Shown here: positions 40,323 to 49,985 of the stretch, piece after piece
Layout: every line of letters begins with the position of its first letter
Position numbering within the stretch: the stretch's first letter is position 1
NCBI GenBank assembly: GCA_963662615.2
Contig: CAXXSR010000001.1
Span: 768,001-832,000 of the forward strand
Reading direction: 5' to 3'
Length of the DNA stretch: 64,000 nt
From: Dehalococcoidia bacterium
GTDB lineage: Bacteria > Chloroflexota > Dehalococcoidia > Bin125
Made by a program: the position numbers and the translations under genes
The notes under the pieces: generated by a model
Told to the model about the DNA's origin: nothing
Databases searched by the model: none
The model's input: the letters and a program-made list of their open reading frames with translations, nothing else

Positions 40323-41141
40323 CTAGGCCGAGTGCACCGGCTCGGCGCCCGCCCGGACGATGTCGATCGCCGCTTCATCCGGCAGGTCCGCGAAACGATC
40401 GCGATACACGCCACGATAGCGGGCCGGCAGTTGCGCGGCAATTTCTCGCATGATCCGCAGGCTCGCCGCCTCCACGGAGTGGCGCGCCACGCGCCCGCGG
40501 TGCTCAATGCGGAACGGCTTGCCGAAGACGACGCGGACCCGCGGTCGCTGCAGAAGGACGCGCCAGCCGCGCCGGAAGCGCTCGCTGCCGGTGATCGCCA
40601 CGGGCACGATGGTCGTCTGCGTGCGCAGCGCGATGTAGGCCGTCCCAGGATGCGCCTCAATGAGCGCGCCGCTGTCGGAGCGATGGCCCTCCGGGAACAT
40701 CCCCAGAATCTCACCACGCTCCAGTTGACTCTCCGCCTCGTGCAGGGCGCCCAAGTCCGCCTCGAAGCGTTTGACTGGAAACGCCCCAGAGAGCGCGAAC
40801 AGGTAGCCGAAAAACGGTTTCTGGAACAGTTCGATCTTGGCCATGTACTTGGGCCAACGCGGATAGAGAACGGCCGCCAGCAGCGGCGGGTCGGCCGACG
40901 AGAGGTGGTTGGAGACCATCAGCACGCCGCCCTCCCGCGGCACGTTCTCCAAGCCCACACGCTCCCACTTCGCCCAGATGTGGAAGGCGAGAACGGTCAC
41001 GCCGCAGGAGAAGAGATACCAGGGGCGGGAGGGCATGGGCATGCCCGGCAGTCCCACCTGGCGCAACGGCCGCGACTCACCGAACAACAAGCGGATGAGC
41101 GTCGCCGTGAGCCTCCGGAGGAGGGCGGTCAGGGGGCGCAT
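40323..41141 (-). CDS. plsC: 1-acyl-sn-glycerol-3-phosphate acyltransferase
   Basis: NHLSSAD (HxxxxD), MFPEGHRS, IVPVAITG. Confidence 0.9.
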   Translation of the reverse strand: MRPLTALLRRLTATLIRLLFGESRPLRQVGLPGMPMPSRPWYLFSCGVTVLAFHIWAKWERVGLENVPREGGVLMVSNHLSSADPPLLAAVLYPRWPKYMAKIELFQKPFFGYLFALSGAFPVKRFEADLGALHEAESQLERGEILGMFPEGHRSDSGALIEAHPGTAYIALRTQTTIVPVAITGSERFRRGWRVLLQRPRVRVVFGKPFRIEHRGRVARHSVEAASLRIMREIAAQLPARYRGVYRDRFADLPDEAAIDIVRAGAEPVHSA

Positions 41142-41863
41142 TCCGTTATCTCCAGCGGCAGGCGCCGCTCCACGATGCGAATCGCCGCCGCCACGGCGCC
41201 TTCCAGGTCCAGATCGCTGGTATCCAGGTGCGCCGCTCCCAGGGCGGCGCGCAGTGGTGAGGTGGCGCGCCCCGCGTCAAGGGCGTCGCGACTGTGGAGA
41301 TCCTCCAGCACCTCGCGGTCGCTGACATCGAGACCGCCGGCCCGCATCTCCGCGGCGCGACGCTTGGCCCGCACCTCGGGGCTGGCGTCCAAGTAGATCT
41401 TGACCAGGGCGTCCGGCGCCACCACGGTGCCAATGTCCCGGCCCACCATGACCATGCGCCCGCGCCGCACGATCTCCCGCTGTGCCGCCACCATGCGTTC
41501 GCGCACGCCGGGCACCGCGGCCACGGCCGACACGCTCACTTCAACCCGCTTCTCTCGCAGGTGCGGCGTGGCGTCCGCCCCATCTATGTAGATCGCAGCC
41601 GTCTCGGCGCTGCCCGGTTGCGGCGGCTCCACGCGGAGTTCCACGCTCTGGGCGAGATCCGTGAGCCGCTTGGGGTCATCCAGCGGTGTGGCCCGCTCCA
41701 GCGCCGTCCGGGTCAGCGCCCGATACATGATGCCGGTATCGAGCATGGCCCAGCCGAGCCGCGTGGCGATAGCCCGGCCCACGACCGTCTTGCCCGATGC
41801 CACCGGCCCATCGACGGCGATCACCAACAGCCGCTCGTCTGACCGGGGGCCGTCGTTCGACAT
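41129..41863 (-). CDS. cmk: Cytidylate kinase
   Basis: IAVDGPVASGKT, DTGIMYR, GRDIGTVV; TATAAT-N7-ATG leaderless arrangement (41871-41876). Confidence 0.95.
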   Translation of the reverse strand: MSNDGPRSDERLLVIAVDGPVASGKTVVGRAIATRLGWAMLDTGIMYRALTRTALERATPLDDPKRLTDLAQSVELRVEPPQPGSAETAAIYIDGADATPHLREKRVEVSVSAVAAVPGVRERMVAAQREIVRRGRMVMVGRDIGTVVAPDALVKIYLDASPEVRAKRRAAEMRAGGLDVSDREVLEDLHSRDALDAGRATSPLRAALGAAHLDTSDLDLEGAVAAAIRIVERRLPLEITECAP

Positions 41864-41919
41864 CGCAGTGATTATACGGGGCCGTGATTATCCGAGCCGG
41901 TGATCGTGCGGAGCGGCGA

Positions 41920-42747
41920 TCATCCGGGGCCCGGCGCGGGGTTCGTGGGCAGGCGTTCGGGGGCGGGCGGTTCGTCGGACGCCGCCCGTCGCAGGAGCCG
42001 GATCTCATGGGCAGTCAAGGCGCGGATCTCCCCGGGCGGCAGATCGCGCAGCAGGATGGGCCCGAAGCGCACCCGGATGAGTCGCACCAGCGGATGGCCA
42101 ATCGCCGCGCACAGCTGCCGCACCTCGCGCTTGTGGCCCCGGTACAGCGTCACGGTCAACCAACTGGTCGCGACCCGTCCCGGCGCGGCGGTCGTCCCCC
42201 GACGTTTGGAGCGCTTCGGCTTCGCCCGTCCAATGGCGCCGTCGGCGAGCGGGACGCCGTCGAAGAGCCGCTGCAGGTCCTGATCCGACGGCCGCCCTTC
42301 GACCTCGACCAGGTACGTCCGTGGCACCGCGTTGCGGGGATGGAGCACGCGGTCAACCAGCGGCCCGTCGTTGGTGAGCAGGACCAGGCCCTCACTGTTG
42401 CGGTCCAGCCGGCCCACGGGGACGCAGCGGCCAGCGTCCGGCGGGAGGAGATCGACGACGGTGGGCCGTCCGCGATCGTCGGCGGCGGTGGTGAGGACGC
42501 CGGGCGGCTTGTGCAGCGCGTAGTAACGCGGCGGCTCGGCGCCCACGGGCTCCCCATCCAGGGAAACAACATCGCGACCGGGCCGCACGGGGTGCGCCGC
42601 GTCGCGAACCAGGTCGCCGTTGACGCGAACCCGCCCGGCGGTGATCAGCTCTGTGGCCCGGCGGCGGGATGCTACCCCGGCCCGCGCCAGCGCCACTTGT
42701 AGCCGTACCGTCTCGTCGGGCGTCCCCTCAGCCTGGGAGGCGGTCAT
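41920..42747 (-). CDS. rluB: RsuA/RluB family rRNA pseudouridine synthase
   Basis: RLQVALARAGVASRR S4 domain, HKPPGV, VGRLDRNSEGL; true start is the ATG at 42747 (ORF track over-extends). Confidence 0.9.
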   Translation of the reverse strand: MTASQAEGTPDETVRLQVALARAGVASRRRATELITAGRVRVNGDLVRDAAHPVRPGRDVVSLDGEPVGAEPPRYYALHKPPGVLTTAADDRGRPTVVDLLPPDAGRCVPVGRLDRNSEGLVLLTNDGPLVDRVLHPRNAVPRTYLVEVEGRPSDQDLQRLFDGVPLADGAIGRAKPKRSKRRGTTAAPGRVATSWLTVTLYRGHKREVRQLCAAIGHPLVRLIRVRFGPILLRDLPPGEIRALTAHEIRLLRRAASDEPPAPERLPTNPAPGPG

Positions 42748-44048
42748 CGCGGCACCAGCGCCCAGCGGCGCTTCCACACGTACTGGCCGCCTATCGTCAG
42801 GACGGGGATGCCAAGGGCGAGTGCAACCAGCCCCCAGGCGGGAAAGCCGCCAGCATCGCCGCCCTCCCGTATTACGGACGGCGACGTTCCTTGGTCGGCG
42901 ATGGGGTCGATCGCGCCGCTGAGGACGGGCCGCACCGCGCCTCTCCCCGGCGACGGCTCCGCATTGACGACCCAGCCATTGCCGCTCTCCCCCGGCGATT
43001 CCAAACGGAGGGCGATGGAGCGCCCCCGCTCCGGCAGCGGCACCGGCGGGCGGGAATAGTCGACCACGTCCACCTCGCGACCGGCCGGATCGAGGAGTGA
43101 AACAAGGTCGCCGCTGTTCGCCAGGCCGTTGCCCAGCCGCCCGTCCGCCACGATCACCACATTCAGCGCCTCTGGGACGGCCTCCGCCGTCGCCGCAATG
43201 ACGGTGTAGCCCTGCGCCGGCACCGACCCGCCGGGAAGGAGGTCGGAGCCAACGTTGTCCGCCAGGCGCCAGCCCGTGAGATCCACCGGCTCGTTGAGCG
43301 GGTTGAAGATCTCCACCCACTCGAACGCTGCGTCCGCTCCACCCCGCCCGGCGTTGGCGAAGATCTCGCTGATGCGCAGGGGAGCGGGTTCGTCGCGCAG
43401 GGCCGGCAGGGATGGCAGCGCCGCCCCAGGGGTGGGATCGCCGGGGCGGAACTGCTGCGTCCCCGCGTCGAGGCCGAGCGTCTGACCGGCGGCCGGCGCG
43501 GGCAGATCCGTGAACGTGCGATCGTCTCCCCACGAGAGGGCGTCGACGGCGTTGCCGGCCGGGTCGCGGAGCTGCAGCCGGTCGCCGGTGTTCGCTAAGC
43601 CGTTGCCAATGCGGCCGTCCTCGATCACGGTCAGGGCGCTCCCGTCCGGCCTGCCGCCGGGGAAAACGGCGGCGACGTCGGCGTTGGCGATGACGAGCAG
43701 GAACTGTCCCGGCGACAGGTTGAGCGCAGGGAGCGGGTCGGCGCCGTGATTGTCCTCCAGGGTCCAGCCGGCCAGAGAGAGCGTCCGATCGGAGCGGCTC
43801 TGCAGCTCCACCCATTCGAAGCTCGCGTCGCGCGCGCCCTGGCCGCCGTTGACCAGCACCTCGGTGATGACGAGCGGCGCTTCGTCGGACTGCGCCTGCA
43901 TGGTCGAGAGCGGCGCGGCAACGAGCCAGCAGGCGCTCACCAGCGCCGCCGCGGCGAGCAGCGCGCATCGCCGCGACGGTCCGCAGGATCGACGCTTCCA
44001 TCGAGCGTCCGCTTGCCTCGCTATCCCGGCCAACGCCATCCCGGCCAA
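42744..44048 (-). CDS. Secreted protein with two lamin-tail domains and a C-terminal TM anchor
   Basis: ITEVLVN...EWVEL...LAGWTL...GLANTGD (twice); C-terminal hydrophobic helix plus basic tail. Start uncertain. Confidence 0.8.
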   Translation of the reverse strand: MAGMALAGIARQADARWKRRSCGPSRRCALLAAAALVSACWLVAAPLSTMQAQSDEAPLVITEVLVNGGQGARDASFEWVELQSRSDRTLSLAGWTLEDNHGADPLPALNLSPGQFLLVIANADVAAVFPGGRPDGSALTVIEDGRIGNGLANTGDRLQLRDPAGNAVDALSWGDDRTFTDLPAPAAGQTLGLDAGTQQFRPGDPTPGAALPSLPALRDEPAPLRISEIFANAGRGGADAAFEWVEIFNPLNEPVDLTGWRLADNVGSDLLPGGSVPAQGYTVIAATAEAVPEALNVVIVADGRLGNGLANSGDLVSLLDPAGREVDVVDYSRPPVPLPERGRSIALRLESPGESGNGWVVNAEPSPGRGAVRPVLSGAIDPIADQGTSPSVIREGGDAGGFPAWGLVALALGIPVLTIGGQYVWKRRWALVPR

Positions 44049-44173
44049 CCCCCAGCGGTCAGTCTAGGCGCAGGACACGGCGCCTGGCGCTGCGACCGGC
44101 TCTGGGCGCGCGGGTCCTCGACTTGTTGCGCGCAACGAAGGCGGGAGGGGCGGGCGAGGCGGTGCGGGAGACG

Positions 44174-44572
44174 CTACGAGCGCCGGACGATGATGCGTTG
44201 CTCCACAACCACACTATTGGCCGACGCATGATCGTGGAGCGCGCCCTTCCTTGACTGTGCCCCGTTCCGGCGGCGGAGCGCTGCCACGCCCTCATGCAGC
44301 AGGGACCTCGTCCCCGCGCGCAAGGCCCAATCGGCGACTGCGGCGGCGGCGACCACGGCGGCGGCCCGGCGCACGGCCGGCACGTAGGGCGCAAGCTCCG
44401 CGCGCAGGGCGGGGAGCAGGCTCCCTTGCTCGCTCTCGATCTTGGCGACGCGCACGTCCGCTACGACGGCCGGCTCGTCGCTGGTCTCAAGGTGCAGGGA
44501 CCAGCCACAGTCGCGGCAGAAGTTGTCGGACGCCTCAACCGTGCGGTCGCAGCGCGGGCATGTCGTCCTCAT
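44174..44572 (-). CDS. Zinc-ribbon domain protein
   Basis: MRTTCPRC...NFCRDCG; upstream TATACT -10. Confidence 0.65.
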   Translation of the reverse strand: MRTTCPRCDRTVEASDNFCRDCGWSLHLETSDEPAVVADVRVAKIESEQGSLLPALRAELAPYVPAVRRAAAVVAAAAVADWALRAGTRSLLHEGVAALRRRNGAQSRKGALHDHASANSVVVEQRIIVRRS

Positions 44573-44613
44573 TGCGCACGCCAGTATAGGGCGCGCTCGC
44601 GAGCCCCGACGTG

Positions 44614-45399
44614 TCAGCTCGGGACTGCAACCAGCGCCGTCTCCACCGCTGCGGTGAGGTCCAGGCTCGGCCCTTGCGCGTCGGGCACAGGCATGACGAT
44701 GCGTCCTGCCGCGAGCGCCTGTAGCGAGGCGAGAAGAAAGAGCGGCTCTCGCTTCACTCCGGCAGCGCGGATCGCTTGGAACAGCGGCTCTTCGTCGCTC
44801 GCCGGGCCCCGTCGATCGTCCCAGAGCGCGTCCCAAGCGCCCCCGCGAATCGGGTAACGGCACGAGGTCACCACGGGGCCGCGGTCCAGCGACTCCGTGG
44901 CGCGTTGCGTCATCATGCCGCTGGTGGACGCGCCAACCTCGATCAGGGCCAGGATGACCTCCTGCCAGGCGCCAACGGGGCCGCCCGGCTCGGCGGGATG
45001 GAGGTTGAGGAGGGGAAGTCGCTCGCACAGTTCGCGCGTGGCGATCAGCATGTAGCCCGCCAGCACGCCCACGTTGGGGCTGAAGGGAGCGATCGCCTCC
45101 CAGACGGCGCGGTCGAAGTCGTGCCGCCAAGGCGCTATCGCCTCAGCGGGCAGCGATACCTCGCCGCCGACACGCTTACGCCAAGCGCCGGAGGAGATGG
45201 CGACGAGCGGCACGCCGGCCGCGGTCACCGCGTCCAGGAAGGCGTCGGTATTGGCGGACTGCCCCCGCTCTCGGTTACAAAAGACGACGGCCAGCTCGGC
45301 ATCGAGGCGGCCGGCGGCGATGGCGTCGCGCGCGCCCTCAAAGAGCCCGCGCGAACCCGTCCCTCTGGCGGTGGCGAACCAGGCCAGGCGGAGCGTCAA
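44614..45399 (-). CDS. purN: Phosphoribosylglycinamide formyltransferase (divergent PurN)
   Basis: VFCNRE, LAGYMLI, LNLHPA, LDRGPV; TTG start overlaps the upstream TGA. Confidence 0.8.
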   Translation of the reverse strand: MTLRLAWFATARGTGSRGLFEGARDAIAAGRLDAELAVVFCNRERGQSANTDAFLDAVTAAGVPLVAISSGAWRKRVGGEVSLPAEAIAPWRHDFDRAVWEAIAPFSPNVGVLAGYMLIATRELCERLPLLNLHPAEPGGPVGAWQEVILALIEVGASTSGMMTQRATESLDRGPVVTSCRYPIRGGAWDALWDDRRGPASDEEPLFQAIRAAGVKREPLFLLASLQALAAGRIVMPVPDAQGPSLDLTAAVETALVAVPS

Positions 45400-46082
45400 G
45401 GGCCGCGCCTTCCGGTCTGCCCGGCCGCGCGCGGCCGTTGTCCCAGCGCCCACGCAGCCAGTGCCAGCCCGCTGAGGGGCAGCCACCACGGCGCCGGCGG
45501 GGCCAGATGATAGCGCGCCTGGCGCAGCGCCTGCAGCAACTCGGCCGGCCCGTCGAAGTCGGGCAGCTCGACGTAGGAGCGCCCCAGCTCAGGGGGGGTG
45601 TGGGCGTCGGAGCCGAGCGTACAGGGCAGGTCCTGCTCGGCGGCGTGGAGGCGCGCCTGCCGGTCGAGGCCGGGCCAGAGCATGCGGCCGTTGTAGCCCT
45701 CAATGGCGTCCACGAGGCCGGCGAGGGTGCGCAGCCCCCGGGCTCTCAGTGCGGGTCGAAGGCGGGCGAACGGATGGGGGGCAACCACCAGCCCTCCCTG
45801 CGCGTGGATGCGCTGGGCCGCTTCCACACCGCTGAGCCCTTTCGGGATCGACTCCTCCAGGTACAAGCCCAGCAGCTCGCCGTCCCGGGTGCGCACCTCC
45901 TGCCCGATGATCACGGCAAAGGGCGCCAGGGCGGCCACGGCCCGCGCGCCGTCCACGGTGCCGTGATCGGTCACCGCCACGATGTCCATCCCGCGGGCGA
46001 CGCAGCGCTGAACGAACTGCTCCGGCCTGGTCAGCCCGTCAGGCGAGAAGCGCGTATGCGTATGGAAGTCGGCGCGGGCCAT
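45396..46082 (-). CDS. PHP domain metal-dependent phosphoesterase
   Basis: DFHTHT..SPDG, VTDH, APHP, GSDAH. Confidence 0.9.
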   Translation of the reverse strand: MARADFHTHTRFSPDGLTRPEQFVQRCVARGMDIVAVTDHGTVDGARAVAALAPFAVIIGQEVRTRDGELLGLYLEESIPKGLSGVEAAQRIHAQGGLVVAPHPFARLRPALRARGLRTLAGLVDAIEGYNGRMLWPGLDRQARLHAAEQDLPCTLGSDAHTPPELGRSYVELPDFDGPAELLQALRQARYHLAPPAPWWLPLSGLALAAWALGQRPRAAGQTGRRGP

Positions 46083-46085
46083 CCG

Positions 46086-46340
46086 CTACGCCTCCTCGGC
46101 CTCTTGCAGCTCCTGAATCCGCTGCTCGGCCGTGTCCATCAGCTTCTGGCACTGGGTGGCCAGCCTCACGCCCTCCTCATAGGCGCTCATGGCCTCGTCC
46201 AAGGAGAGGCCGCCGTCCTCCAACCGCTCCACCGTCTCCTCCAGCCGACGCAGCAGCTCCTCATAGGTGGCGCTGCCGTCCGGCTTGGCCTCTGTTTCGC
46301 GATCGGGGCTTTCGCGCTTGGGGCTTTTGCGCTTGGGCAT
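46086..46340 (-). CDS. xseB: Exodeoxyribonuclease VII small subunit
   Basis: YEELLRRLEETVERLEDGGLSLDEAMSAYEEG. Confidence 0.93.
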   Translation of the reverse strand: MPKRKSPKRESPDRETEAKPDGSATYEELLRRLEETVERLEDGGLSLDEAMSAYEEGVRLATQCQKLMDTAEQRIQELQEAEEA

Positions 46341-46353
46341 CCGCTCTCCGCCG

Positions 46354-47658
46354 TCAGCTCAGTTCAACGCTGTGGACGTCCGCCTCGGCGGCGCCGTCGC
46401 TGAAGCGCACACGGACGCGCTCGCCCACCGTGAGCGAGGCCGCGCCGGCAAGGGGCCGTCCCCCTGAATCTTGCACAACGGCGTAGCCCCGTGCCAGCGT
46501 GGCCGCCGGGTCCAGGCTAGCGAGGCGCCCGGCCATCCCCGCCAGCGACGTGCGCCCTGCACCCAGCCGCTGCCGGAGCGCCGCCTCGGCGCGACGGACG
46601 AGGTCGTCCGCGCGCAGGCGCTGCGCGGCCAGGTCCGGCTTGCGCCGCTCGAGCCGGTCGACGAGGTCGGCGAGGTCCGTGCGGTGGTCGCTGGCGCGCT
46701 GTGCGAGGGCGCGCCCCAGCGCCGAGCGGAGTTCGCGCAGGCGCGCTCGCTCCTCGGCCTGGTCGGGCACGATCAGCTCGGCCGCCGCCGAGGGCGTGGG
46801 CGCGCGCAAATCCGCCACGTGATCGGCCAGGGTGGTGTCGGTCTCATGGCCGACCGCGCTCACGACGGGCAGCGCGCTGGCAAAGATGGCGCGGGCCACA
46901 ACCTCTTCGTTGAAGGCCCAGAGGTCCTCCAGGGAGCCGCCGCCGCGGGCCACGAGGATGAGGTCCAGCTCCGGCTCTCCGCCGGCGGCGAGAGCGTTGA
47001 GCCGTTCGATGGCGGCGACGATCGTCGCCGCCGCACCGTCGCCCTGGACACGGCAGGGCGCCAGCAGCAGTCCGGTCAGCGGCCAGCGCCGCTCCATGAC
47101 TGTGCGCACGTCGTGCCAGACCGCCCCCGCCGGCGACGTCGCCACGCCGACCGTCCGCGGGTAGGGCGGCAGCGGCCGCTTGCGGGCGCTCTCGAACAGC
47201 CCTTCGGCTTCCAGCCGGGCCCGCAGGCGTTGAAACTCCGCGTAGAGGACGCCCACGCCTTGCGGCTGGACGGCGTCCACGTAGAGCTGCAAGTCGCCGC
47301 GCTCCGTGTAGAGCGAGACACGGCCGTGCGCCAGCACCTGGTCGCCCGGCTCCACGGCGACGCCCAGGTTCTCGCGGCGGAAAAAGACACAGCGCAGGGC
47401 CCCTTGGGCATCGCCGAGAGTGAAGTAGAGGTGTCCGGCCTGCGAGCGCGAGAGGCTGGTGACCTCGCCGGCTACCCAGAGGTCGCTGACGACCGGATCG
47501 GTTTCAAGCAGCTCACGCAGGTAGGCCGCGACCTGTCCCACGGCGTAGGCGGCGACGCTGGGCGCGTCGTAGGGTGGGGTGGGATCGCGAATCGCTCCCA
47601 GGGGAAGGGGCGGGCTGAGCGCGGGCGCGTCGCCGGCCGGCTCCTCTGCGTCGGACAT
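46354..47658 (-). CDS. xseA: Exodeoxyribonuclease VII large subunit
   Basis: GHLYFTL, RGGGSLEDLWAFN, SAVGHETD, TPSAAAE. Confidence 0.96.
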   Translation of the reverse strand: MSDAEEPAGDAPALSPPLPLGAIRDPTPPYDAPSVAAYAVGQVAAYLRELLETDPVVSDLWVAGEVTSLSRSQAGHLYFTLGDAQGALRCVFFRRENLGVAVEPGDQVLAHGRVSLYTERGDLQLYVDAVQPQGVGVLYAEFQRLRARLEAEGLFESARKRPLPPYPRTVGVATSPAGAVWHDVRTVMERRWPLTGLLLAPCRVQGDGAAATIVAAIERLNALAAGGEPELDLILVARGGGSLEDLWAFNEEVVARAIFASALPVVSAVGHETDTTLADHVADLRAPTPSAAAELIVPDQAEERARLRELRSALGRALAQRASDHRTDLADLVDRLERRKPDLAAQRLRADDLVRRAEAALRQRLGAGRTSLAGMAGRLASLDPAATLARGYAVVQDSGGRPLAGAASLTVGERVRVRFSDGAAEADVHSVELS

Positions 47659-47737
47659 GCCGGCTCCTCTGCGTTGGAGATGGAGGTCCCTCGCCGCCGC
47701 GGACAGCGTAACGTGCCCCGCCGCGGGCCGGGACCGG

Positions 47738-48310
47738 CTACGACGTGGCCGCGACCCGTTCCAGATAGGCGCCGCTGCGCGTGTCCACCTTGAGCAGGTC
47801 GCCCTCTTCCACGAAGAGGGGCACCGTGACGGTCAGCCCAGTCTCCAGCGTGGCCGACTTGCTGGCGCCGGATTGCGTATCGCCCTTCAGCCCCGGCTCC
47901 GTCTGCGCCACGCGAAGGGTGACGGCGGCGGGCAGCTCCACGCCAATGGGCTCTTCCCCGGCGAAAAGGATCTCGGCGTCGCCGTTGGGGGCCAGGTAGG
48001 GCAGCGCCTCCCCCACCTGCTCTCCGCTGAGCGGCGTCTGCTCGTAGGTTTCGGTGTTCATGAAGTAGTGGAGGTCGGCGTCGGCGTAAAGGTACTGCAT
48101 GGGCTGGCGTTCCATGCGGATGCGCTGAAACTTACTGCCGGCCTGAAACGTCTTCTCCAGGGTGTGGCCGCCGCGGAGGTCGCGCAGCTTGAGCCGGACC
48201 TGGGCGGAGCCGCGTCCGACCTTGATGTGTTCCCAGTCCGTGATCTGATAGAGGCCGCCGTCCATCTCAATCACGACGCCCTTCTTCAGCTCTCCCGCCG
48301 AGATCACCAC
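47738..48310 (-). CDS. efp: Elongation factor P
   Basis: HIKVGRGSA, PGLKGDT, TLETG, VPLFV, KVDTRSG. Confidence 0.95.
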   Translation of the reverse strand: MVISAGELKKGVVIEMDGGLYQITDWEHIKVGRGSAQVRLKLRDLRGGHTLEKTFQAGSKFQRIRMERQPMQYLYADADLHYFMNTETYEQTPLSGEQVGEALPYLAPNGDAEILFAGEEPIGVELPAAVTLRVAQTEPGLKGDTQSGASKSATLETGLTVTVPLFVEEGDLLKVDTRSGAYLERVAATS

Positions 48311-48333
48311 GTCTCCGCTCCGCTCCTGCCCGC

Positions 48334-49437
48334 CTAGTTGCCGACCATCCGCAGCTTCGGCGCGGTGGTGAAGGGGCGAAAGAGGCCGCCCTCCATGATC
48401 CCCATGTCCTCAATGCGGACGCCGCCCCAGCCGGGCAGGTAGATGCCGGGTTCAACGGTGATGATCATGCCGTCTTGGAGCGTGTCCTCAGACGATTTCC
48501 CGACGCGCGGGCTCTCGTGGATCTCCAAGCCGACGCCGTGGCCGAGGCCGTGGCCGAAGCGCTCCCCGTAGCCCGCCTTGGCGATGACGTCATGGGCGAT
48601 CTGATGGGCGGCGGCGCCGGACATGCCGCTCTCGATCGTCGCCTCGGCGGTCTCCTGCGCCGTCAGGACGATGTCGTAGATCTCTGCGAAGCGGCCGTCC
48701 GGCTGGCCCAGCACGATGGTCCGCGTCATGTCCGAGCAGTAGCCGTCCACGACCACGCCCATGTCGATGACGATGGGCTGCCCGGCGTCGATCGCGACGT
48801 CGCGGGGGTGGCAGTGCGGCATGGCGCCCCAGGGCCCGGCTCCCACGATGGTGGGGAACGACATGGCCTCAGCCCCGTGCTCGCGCGCGTAACGCTCCAT
48901 CTCCCAGGCGAGCTGCGTCTCGGTCCAGCCCGGCTCCAGTCGCGACACCACGTCCTGGAAGGCCTGGTCGGCCAGGCGCACGGCGCGCTCCAGGGCGGCG
49001 CTCTCGGCCGCGTCCTTGACGCTGCGGAGACGCTCCACCAGCCCCTCGGTTTGGACGAGACCGGGGCGCCGCTGCGGCGGCATCTCGCTAATGACCCGGC
49101 GAAACTGCTTGTGGCGACCCACGGAGAGGTCGGCCGCTTCGAAGCCCAGCTTCTTGCCGCCGAGCCCGTCGCCGCCTCCCAGCTCCAGGAGCCGTGGGAG
49201 CCACTCCGCCAGGCTGCCCTCTTGTTTGCAGAGGGCGAAGTCCGGCGCTTGGCTCTCAGCCTGTTCCCAGTAGCGGAAATCGGTGGCCAGGCCGGCGCCG
49301 GCGTCGCTGATCAGCAGCGACCCGGCCGAACCCGCGAAGCCGCTCAGGTAGCGGCGGTTGTGGGCGTTGGTCACGAGGAGGGCGTCCAGGCTCTCCTCGC
49401 GGAGCAGCTGGCGCAGTCGATCGATGCGGTCAGACAC
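48334..49437 (-). CDS. Xaa-Pro aminopeptidase (M24B)
   Basis: GYCSDMTRT, HGLGHGVGLEIHE, TVEPGIY, GVRIED. Confidence 0.93.
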   Translation of the reverse strand: MSDRIDRLRQLLREESLDALLVTNAHNRRYLSGFAGSAGSLLISDAGAGLATDFRYWEQAESQAPDFALCKQEGSLAEWLPRLLELGGGDGLGGKKLGFEAADLSVGRHKQFRRVISEMPPQRRPGLVQTEGLVERLRSVKDAAESAALERAVRLADQAFQDVVSRLEPGWTETQLAWEMERYAREHGAEAMSFPTIVGAGPWGAMPHCHPRDVAIDAGQPIVIDMGVVVDGYCSDMTRTIVLGQPDGRFAEIYDIVLTAQETAEATIESGMSGAAAHQIAHDVIAKAGYGERFGHGLGHGVGLEIHESPRVGKSSEDTLQDGMIITVEPGIYLPGWGGVRIEDMGIMEGGLFRPFTTAPKLRMVGN

Positions 49438-49508
49438 CGTGCTTCCTCGCAGCTTTCCCCCGCGGCGCAGTGCCAGAGGCCGGGCGGCGAGCCCGCCCGC
49501 GCCCGTGG

Positions 49509-49955
49509 CTAGGTCGCCTTCTTCCCGTCCTGCAGCATGGAGACCAGGCCATCCAGCGCCGCGACGTACCCGCGCCAGCCCAGGCCGCTGACGACGCCCT
49601 GCACCACCGGCGCCGTGACGGAGCGCCGCCGGAACGATTCGCGGGCAGCGATGTTGGTGAGGTGCACTTCCACCTTCAAGCCGGGAAAATCCGCCAGGGC
49701 GTCACGGAGCGCGAAGCCGGTATGCGCCAGCGCGCCCGGATTGATGATCAGCCCCTCGGCGCTGCTCTCCTGCTGGATGAAATCGATGATCGCGCCTTCA
49801 TGGTTGGACTGATACGGCCGGATATCCACCTTCCACTCTTCGGCGCGGCTTTGGACCCGCGCTTCAATCCAGGCCAGGGTCTCGGCGCCGTACAGCTCCG
49901 GGTTGCGCTGGCCGAGGAGATTGAGATTGGGGCCGGAGATGAGCAGGATCTTCAT
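49509..49955 (-). CDS. aroQ: Type II 3-dehydroquinate dehydratase
   Basis: GPNLNLLG, QSNHEG, INPGA, EVHLTN. Confidence 0.96.
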   Translation of the reverse strand: MKILLISGPNLNLLGQRNPELYGAETLAWIEARVQSRAEEWKVDIRPYQSNHEGAIIDFIQQESSAEGLIINPGALAHTGFALRDALADFPGLKVEVHLTNIAARESFRRRSVTAPVVQGVVSGLGWRGYVAALDGLVSMLQDGKKAT

Positions 49956-49985
49956 GCGCGCGCGCCACTCCTCCTGCCGCGGGCG

